From positions 3,304 through 67,303 of the IMG/VR virus record IMGVR_UViG_3300048580_000375: a stretch of 64,000 nucleotides of DNA, one strand, 5' to 3'. The number at the start of each line of letters is the position of its first letter. Positions within the stretch are counted from its first letter, which is position 1. Below are positions 58,327 through 64,000 of this stretch, piece by piece. The notes under the pieces are model-generated. The model ran no database searches. It was not told where the DNA came from and saw only the letters and a list, made by a program, of their open reading frames with translations. Source of the DNA: a virus. The position numbers were made by a program, and so were the translations under genes.

Positions 58327-59122
58327 AATATTTGACGATATATTTTCCCATAATCCTTATAGTTGTTTAAATTGTGTGTCGGATTATATTATTTGGGACG
58401 TAAACCCTGAAAAAATAAATGATGGGGATATTATTTTTTTTACTGACATTTCTTTAGAAAAGGTGTTAGAATATAAAGGTAGAAACGTAAAAAAGTATGC
58501 TTGGTTATTAGAATCTCCGGCAATTATTAATCAAGATAAAATATTAGAATTAGAAAATGAATTTGATAATATATTCACATTTAGAAATGACTTATTAAAA
58601 CTATCTAATAAATATAAATTATTATTACATTGGTGTTGTTGGATAAAAAATCAAGATAAACAGATTTATAGTAAAACAAAATCATTATCCATAATAGCCT
58701 CTGGGAAGAGGCAAACGGAAGGACATATTTTAAGACATAGTATTATTTCTTTATTCGGTAATAAAATGGATATTTTTGGTCGGGGGTATAATTTTATTGA
58801 AGATAAATTAGAAGGATTAAAAGACTATAAATTTCATATTGTCGTTGAAAATATAAAAGAAGATTATTATTTTAGTGAAAAACTATTAGATTGTTTTGCT
58901 ACTGGAACAATACCGATATATTGGGGGTGTCCTTCTATCGGTGATTTTTTCAATGAAAAAGGTATTTTAATTTTTAATAATATGGATGGTTTATATAATA
59001 TTTTAAAAAAAATAAATGATGAAAAATATGAAGAACTTTTACCTTACGCTATTGAAAATTTTAAAATATTACAAAAATATAAAACCCCAGAAGATTATTT
59101 AATAAATTATAATATACTATGA
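58313..59122 (+). CDS. GT10-like fucosyltransferase
   Basis: YKFHIVVEN...YFSEKLLD..TIPIYWG. Confidence 0.85.
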   Translation: MKKIKIFDDIFSHNPYSCLNCVSDYIIWDVNPEKINDGDIIFFTDISLEKVLEYKGRNVKKYAWLLESPAIINQDKILELENEFDNIFTFRNDLLKLSNKYKLLLHWCCWIKNQDKQIYSKTKSLSIIASGKRQTEGHILRHSIISLFGNKMDIFGRGYNFIEDKLEGLKDYKFHIVVENIKEDYYFSEKLLDCFATGTIPIYWGCPSIGDFFNEKGILIFNNMDGLYNILKKINDEKYEELLPYAIENFKILQKYKTPEDYLINYNIL

Positions 59123-60474
59123 TTAAACTAATACTTTTTGATTTGGATGGTGTTCTTGTAGATGCCAAAAATATACATTACGAAACCTTAAATAATGCCC
59201 TACCCTTAGAATATAGGATAGGTTGGGAAGAGCATTTAAGTATTTATGATGGTTTAAAAACCATTCAAAAACTAGAGTTATTAACACATAATAAAGGTTT
59301 ATCTAAAGATAAATATAACGATATATGGGTGAGTAAACAAAAATTTACACAAGAAAAATTAGAAAATTTAGAAGTATCTTCAGTATTAAAGAATACTATA
59401 AAACAATTATCTTTAAATGGGTATAAATTAGGGGTAGCTTCAAATAGCATACGTAAAACAGTAAATTTAGTATTATCTAAATTAGATATAATACAATATT
59501 TTGACACTATATTATCTAATGAAGATATTTTTAATAGTAAACCACACCCTGAAATTTATTGGAAGTCAATGTCTATGTTAAATATATTACCAGAAGATAC
59601 TTTAATTATTGAAGATTCCCCATATGGTTTGTTAGCCGCTAACAGAAGTAATGCTAATATTTATAGAGTTAAAAATCCTAAAGATATAAATTACGATAAT
59701 ATTATAAATGAAATTAAAAAAATAGAAAATAGAAATATGATGCCAAAATGGAAAGATAAAAAATTAAATGTTTTAATACCTATGGCCGGTGCTGGGTCAA
59801 GATTTGCTGATGCTGGATATACTTTTCCTAAACCATTAATAGAAGTAAATGGGAAACCAATGATACAAGTGGTTGTTGAAAATCTTAATATTGATGCAAA
59901 TTACATATATGTTGTTCAAAAAGAACATAGAAAAAAATATAATTTAGATACTTTATTAAATTTAATAACACCGGATTGTAAAATAGTTGAGGTAGAAGGT
60001 ATTACTGAAGGTGCTGCTTGTACGGCATTATTGGCTAAAGAATTTATAGACAATGATAAACCTCTATTTTTTGCCAATTCGGATCAATTCGTTGAATGGG
60101 ATTCTACTGAATTTATGTATAAAATGAATGAATCGAATGTTGATGGTGGTATAATAATATTTAAGTCTACACACCCTAAATGGTCATTTGCTAGGTTAAA
60201 TGATGATGGACTTATAAGTGAAGTCGCTGAAAAAAATCCAATTTCCGATAATGCGACGGTAGGTTTTTATTATTGGAAATATGGTAAAGATTTTGTGAAA
60301 TACGCAGAACAAATGATTATTAATAACATTAGAGTTAATAATGAATTTTATGTTTGTCCAGTTTTCAATGAAGCTATAAACGATGGTAAGAAAATATTAC
60401 CATTTAATGCAAAAAATATGTATGGTTTAGGGACACCTGAAGATTTGAATAATTTTTTATTAAATCATAAATAA
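59119..60474 (+). CDS. HAD phosphatase fused to a nucleotidyltransferase
   Basis: FDLDGVL, KPHPE and EDS motifs; PMAGAGSRF..PKPLI and GLGTPEDL motifs. Confidence 0.9.
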   Translation: MIKLILFDLDGVLVDAKNIHYETLNNALPLEYRIGWEEHLSIYDGLKTIQKLELLTHNKGLSKDKYNDIWVSKQKFTQEKLENLEVSSVLKNTIKQLSLNGYKLGVASNSIRKTVNLVLSKLDIIQYFDTILSNEDIFNSKPHPEIYWKSMSMLNILPEDTLIIEDSPYGLLAANRSNANIYRVKNPKDINYDNIINEIKKIENRNMMPKWKDKKLNVLIPMAGAGSRFADAGYTFPKPLIEVNGKPMIQVVVENLNIDANYIYVVQKEHRKKYNLDTLLNLITPDCKIVEVEGITEGAACTALLAKEFIDNDKPLFFANSDQFVEWDSTEFMYKMNESNVDGGIIIFKSTHPKWSFARLNDDGLISEVAEKNPISDNATVGFYYWKYGKDFVKYAEQMIINNIRVNNEFYVCPVFNEAINDGKKILPFNAKNMYGLGTPEDLNNFLLNHK

Positions 60475-60477
60475 TTT

Positions 60478-61251
60478 GTGAAAGTTGCGTTATTAATATC
60501 TGGACATATGAGGTATTTTAAAGAAACTATACCATCATTAAAAAGATCTATTTTAGATGTTTTAAATCCTGACATATATATTCATACATGGGATGAAGGT
60601 GATAGAAGTATGTGGAATAATACTTTAGGTGGTGAAATAAATAACAAATATTTCGATAATTTAGGTATAAATATTAAAAAATTTGTTATAGATAAATGGG
60701 GTGACTATGAAGGTCTATTTAATCAAAGGATAATTACTGAATTCCCTAATAGTTTCGCTGTTTACCCTAGACCAGTCAGAGTATTATCTATGTTCTATAA
60801 AATACAAAAATGTTATGAATTAATGACGGAAGATTATGATTTTATTATTAGAATTAGACCTGACCTAATATATCCTAATATTATTGATCCTAACATAAAC
60901 ATAAATCACCTATATATGCCTAATAGTCATAACTTCCCAACGATAGAAATTACTGATATGAATTTTGATTTTAATATAGGTGATACACTATTAAGTGGAA
61001 TTATTGGACAATCTAGTTATTATACCGTAGAACCTGGAGATTGTGCAGGTTATTTAGATCAATTCGCTATGGGTGGTAAAGAAGTGATGAAAAAATATTG
61101 TAGTATTTACGATAACATTAATGAATATTATAATAATGGTTGTATTTTTTCTCCTGAAATATTTTTAAAATACCATTTAGATAAAAATAGTGTTACACCA
61201 ATAAGAAGTGATTTTAGGATTTTTATTTTAAGAAATAGACTTTACCATTAA
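60478..61251 (+). CDS. Putative glycosyltransferase-like protein
   Basis: KVALLISGHMR, HTW, RIRPD and DQFA motifs; GTG start. Confidence 0.65.
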   Translation: MKVALLISGHMRYFKETIPSLKRSILDVLNPDIYIHTWDEGDRSMWNNTLGGEINNKYFDNLGINIKKFVIDKWGDYEGLFNQRIITEFPNSFAVYPRPVRVLSMFYKIQKCYELMTEDYDFIIRIRPDLIYPNIIDPNININHLYMPNSHNFPTIEITDMNFDFNIGDTLLSGIIGQSSYYTVEPGDCAGYLDQFAMGGKEVMKKYCSIYDNINEYYNNGCIFSPEIFLKYHLDKNSVTPIRSDFRIFILRNRLYH

Positions 61252-61275
61252 AAAAAATTAAATATATATTAAAAT

Positions 61276-62037
61276 ATGATACACGTTATAACTTATGGTG
61301 ATGATAGATTTATTAAATCTAGAGAAAGGGCGGTTAAATCTATTGAAAATTTTGTTGATTCCACCAAAATATATACAGATAAAGATTTAGAAAAATTTAA
61401 AATAAAATACCCTAAAATTTTATATCATAACGCCAGAGGTGGCGGGTTTTGGTTGTATAAATCACTTTTTTTAAAAGAAACATTTAGTAATTGTAATGAA
61501 GGTGATATGATTATATGGATGGATTCCGGAACAGATTTTATAGGGGATAAAGATGATATTACTACGTTATTAAATATTGCGACGAATAATGGTGGATTTT
61601 GTTTATTTAAACAAGTAAATATAAATAAAGTTTGGACTAAACGAGATTGTTTTGTTTATATGGGTTGTGATTCGGAAGATTACTATAATGCCTTACAATG
61701 TGACGCAGCCATTCAAGTGTATGTTAAAAACGATAGAACTGATAAATTTATAGATGAATTATTAAAATATTGTGAGGATTATAGGATTATAACTGATTCA
61801 CCAAACGAATGTGGATTACCTAACTTAATGGGTTTTAAAGATCATAGACACGATCAATCAATACTTACTAACTTATGTGTAAAACATAAAATAAATAGGT
61901 TTAAACAACCCACCGAGTATGGCTATGGTTATATTGATTGGGATGGTGATAGTGAAATAATTAATTTAAATGATTATGAAAGACAAGAATCTCATAAATA
62001 TAAAGTAATATTTAATCATCATAGAGAACGAAGATAA
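61276..62037 (+). CDS. Putative glycosyltransferase-like protein
   Basis: RGGGFWLYK, WMDSG and DHRHDQS motifs. Confidence 0.65.
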   Translation: MIHVITYGDDRFIKSRERAVKSIENFVDSTKIYTDKDLEKFKIKYPKILYHNARGGGFWLYKSLFLKETFSNCNEGDMIIWMDSGTDFIGDKDDITTLLNIATNNGGFCLFKQVNINKVWTKRDCFVYMGCDSEDYYNALQCDAAIQVYVKNDRTDKFIDELLKYCEDYRIITDSPNECGLPNLMGFKDHRHDQSILTNLCVKHKINRFKQPTEYGYGYIDWDGDSEIINLNDYERQESHKYKVIFNHHRERR

Positions 62038-62095
62038 TGAACAATTTTTTGAATGCGAGTAATTATAAAATATTGGGGGTAGTTAATTAAAAATT

Positions 62096-62848
62096 ATGAT
62101 TAAAGTTAATTACTATTTAGTGTCCTATGATAGGCTGTACGATAGAGTAATAGATAATTTAGATAATAATGAATTAGAAACCATTTATTGTTATGCTATA
62201 CAGAAAAAAATAAAAAAAAATATAACCGATAAAATTAAAACTATTAATGAATGGGATTTAGAATGGAATGATTACCAGTACCAAACAAAACAATATTATG
62301 AGTATGGTGCAATAGTTCATCTTTTAAAAAACCCTGATTTAATAAAAAATTGCACACATATAGGGTTATTACATTATGATATTATATTTAATAAAAATTG
62401 TTTAAAAGATGTAAAAACAAATTTATGTGATAATAAAGACGTGATACATTATCAATGTATTAGACCGAATAATCAATTACTTTTTACTAAACATCAATTA
62501 AATATGATTTGTAAATTTCTTTCTAATAAACTACACATTTCCATAGATCCTGATTATATTTGGACTAATGGTTGGGTGAGTGAAGCGTTGAGTGTAACAC
62601 CTAAAGAAATTTTCTTAAAGTTTGGACAATTTCTGTTTGATAATAAAACAGAAATTGAAAATATGTTAATAAATAATATGTGGGGATTAATGCAAACCAC
62701 AAACCACAGGATTTGTGGTTTTGTTGAGAGAATGTGGGGTATATATTTAATGTCTTTAAATATGAAGATGGAAAAATTAAATATTATTCATGATAGAGAT
62801 TTTTATGAACATCAACACGAAACTGAAATAAATTGGATTACAAATTAA
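62096..62848 (+). CDS. Putative glycan-modifying protein
   Basis: YYE, GLLHYD and ER motifs; located in the glycan cluster. Confidence 0.55.
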   Translation: MIKVNYYLVSYDRLYDRVIDNLDNNELETIYCYAIQKKIKKNITDKIKTINEWDLEWNDYQYQTKQYYEYGAIVHLLKNPDLIKNCTHIGLLHYDIIFNKNCLKDVKTNLCDNKDVIHYQCIRPNNQLLFTKHQLNMICKFLSNKLHISIDPDYIWTNGWVSEALSVTPKEIFLKFGQFLFDNKTEIENMLINNMWGLMQTTNHRICGFVERMWGIYLMSLNMKMEKLNIIHDRDFYEHQHETEINWITN

Positions 62849-62852
62849 AGAA

Positions 62853-63413
62853 ATGAAAATTAAAGAAAAAATATTATCGATAACTAATAACGATTTGGAT
62901 GGGTTAGACACCACCTATATTAATAATTACACTTTAACTGGAAATAGACAATATTTTCATGGTAAATCTGGTGATGAACATTATAGATTACTAATGAAAA
63001 TATCTTCATTCTTTGAAAATAAAATTCTTTTTGATGTGGGGACTAATATCTGTATGTCTGCCATAGCATTACAAAATAATAAAAATACTAACAAAATTAA
63101 AAGTTTTGATGTAGAAAAAATTTTAATCGAAAACCCTAAAATAGATAATATAGAATTTATTTTAGGGGATTCAATAGAAGATAATGATTTTATAAACACC
63201 CCTTTTATTTTTTTAGATACTTATCATGATGGTATTTACGAAAAAATTGTATATGAACATATAAAAAACAAAAATTGGAAAGGGATTTTAATGTTAGATG
63301 ATATTCATTTGAATGAGGCTATGATTAATTATTGGAATTCATTTACCGAAGAAAAATATGATTTAACTAACATAGGTCATTGGAGTGGTACGGGTATGGT
63401 AATTTTTGAATGA
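62853..63413 (+). CDS. Class I SAM-dependent methyltransferase
   Basis: DVGT, FLDTYHDG and LDDI motifs. Confidence 0.8.
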   Translation: MKIKEKILSITNNDLDGLDTTYINNYTLTGNRQYFHGKSGDEHYRLLMKISSFFENKILFDVGTNICMSAIALQNNKNTNKIKSFDVEKILIENPKIDNIEFILGDSIEDNDFINTPFIFLDTYHDGIYEKIVYEHIKNKNWKGILMLDDIHLNEAMINYWNSFTEEKYDLTNIGHWSGTGMVIFE

Positions 63414-63838
63414 TGATTCTAATATCGCATAGAGGTAATATAAATGGTGTTAATAGTAATTTAGAAAATAACCCACAATACATAAATGAAGCACTAAAAA
63501 ATTATAATGTAGAGGTAGATGTTTGGTGGGTTGATAATGGGTTATATTTAGGTCACGATTCACCACAATATCTTATAACTGAGGAATATTTATGTAACGA
63601 TAAAATATGGTCTCACGCTAAGAATTTAGATGCTTTGATTATAATGTTAAAAAACCCTAAAATTCATTGTTTTTGGCATGAAAATGATAAAGTAACTTTA
63701 ACATCTAAAAATTATTTATGGACATTTCCTGGTGTTAAAGGTATTAAAAATAATATTTCCGTTCTTCCAGAAATCTATAATGATAATACTATAAATTCTA
63801 TTGGTATTTGCTCCGATTATATTAGTAAATACATTTAA
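63410..63838 (+). CDS. PLC-like phosphodiesterase-fold protein
   Basis: SHRGN, EN, EVDVW, GHD and GICSD motifs. Confidence 0.7.
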   Translation: MMILISHRGNINGVNSNLENNPQYINEALKNYNVEVDVWWVDNGLYLGHDSPQYLITEEYLCNDKIWSHAKNLDALIIMLKNPKIHCFWHENDKVTLTSKNYLWTFPGVKGIKNNISVLPEIYNDNTINSIGICSDYISKYI

Positions 63839-63875
63839 TTGGTTTTACTATTTCCAACCCCTTATCGGATTTTAA

Positions 63876-63950
63876 AAATTAGGGTGGGAACCAAAAGTTA
63901 AATGCGATGAATTGGTTAAAATTATGATCGATAATTATATGATTACTTAA
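63876..63950 (+). pseudogene. C-terminal remnant of a GDP-mannose 4,6-dehydratase / NDP-sugar epimerase
   Basis: KLGWEPKVKCDELVKIMIDNYMIT*, preceded in frame by TAA and lacking a start. Confidence 0.6.
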
Positions 63951-64000
63951 CCATATTGTAGATAGCGTCAACTAAATCTTTGTTTGATTTAATGTCTTTT
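63943..64000 (-). CDS. 3' end of a gene entering from beyond the window
   Basis: ...KDIKSNKDLVDAIYNMVK*. Confidence 0.5.
   Translation of the reverse strand, partial: KDIKSNKDLVDAIYNMVK

Noticed and set aside
1-64000. Stop-codon reassignment, as in some Bacteroidota phages
   Set aside because: Genes are full length and tightly packed in code 11, TAG and TGA are used as stops, and no suppressor tRNA is seen.

Overview
A very AT-rich, gene-dense 64 kb segment of a large T4-distant contractile-tailed (jumbo) phage, read in standard code 11. The host is most likely Bacteroidota, because TTTG...TAnnTTTG promoters are present. Layout: 1-4.1 kb is a minus-strand tRNA region with homing endonucleases; 4-29 kb holds primase, putative internal head proteins, a baseplate/tape-measure/chaperone module and two DNA methyltransferase-like genes; 29.5-38.5 kb holds SNF2 helicase, gp32-like SSB, RecA/UvsX, glycosyltransferases and a late sigma factor; 39-48 kb holds a Gly-repeat fibre, a LamG protein and a neck protein; 48.5-52 kb holds Mre11/gp47 and small genes; 52-64 kb is a glycan biosynthesis cluster. 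The main candidate new system is two ribosome-dependent attenuators (leader peptide, antiterminator, intrinsic terminator) placed directly in front of the phage tRNA operons. Their leader codons match the downstream tRNAs (Ile/Phe/Glu/Asp and Thr/Lys), suggesting tRNAs are transcribed on demand when those codons stall. Also notable: a tRNA split around a nested tRNA-Ile(UAU) plus HNH gene, small proteins resembling fragments of major capsid (Gol-peptide region), terminase and tail tube (possible defence decoys), and a candidate chaperone frameshift. All protein family calls come from motif recognition by eye; no database searches were run.
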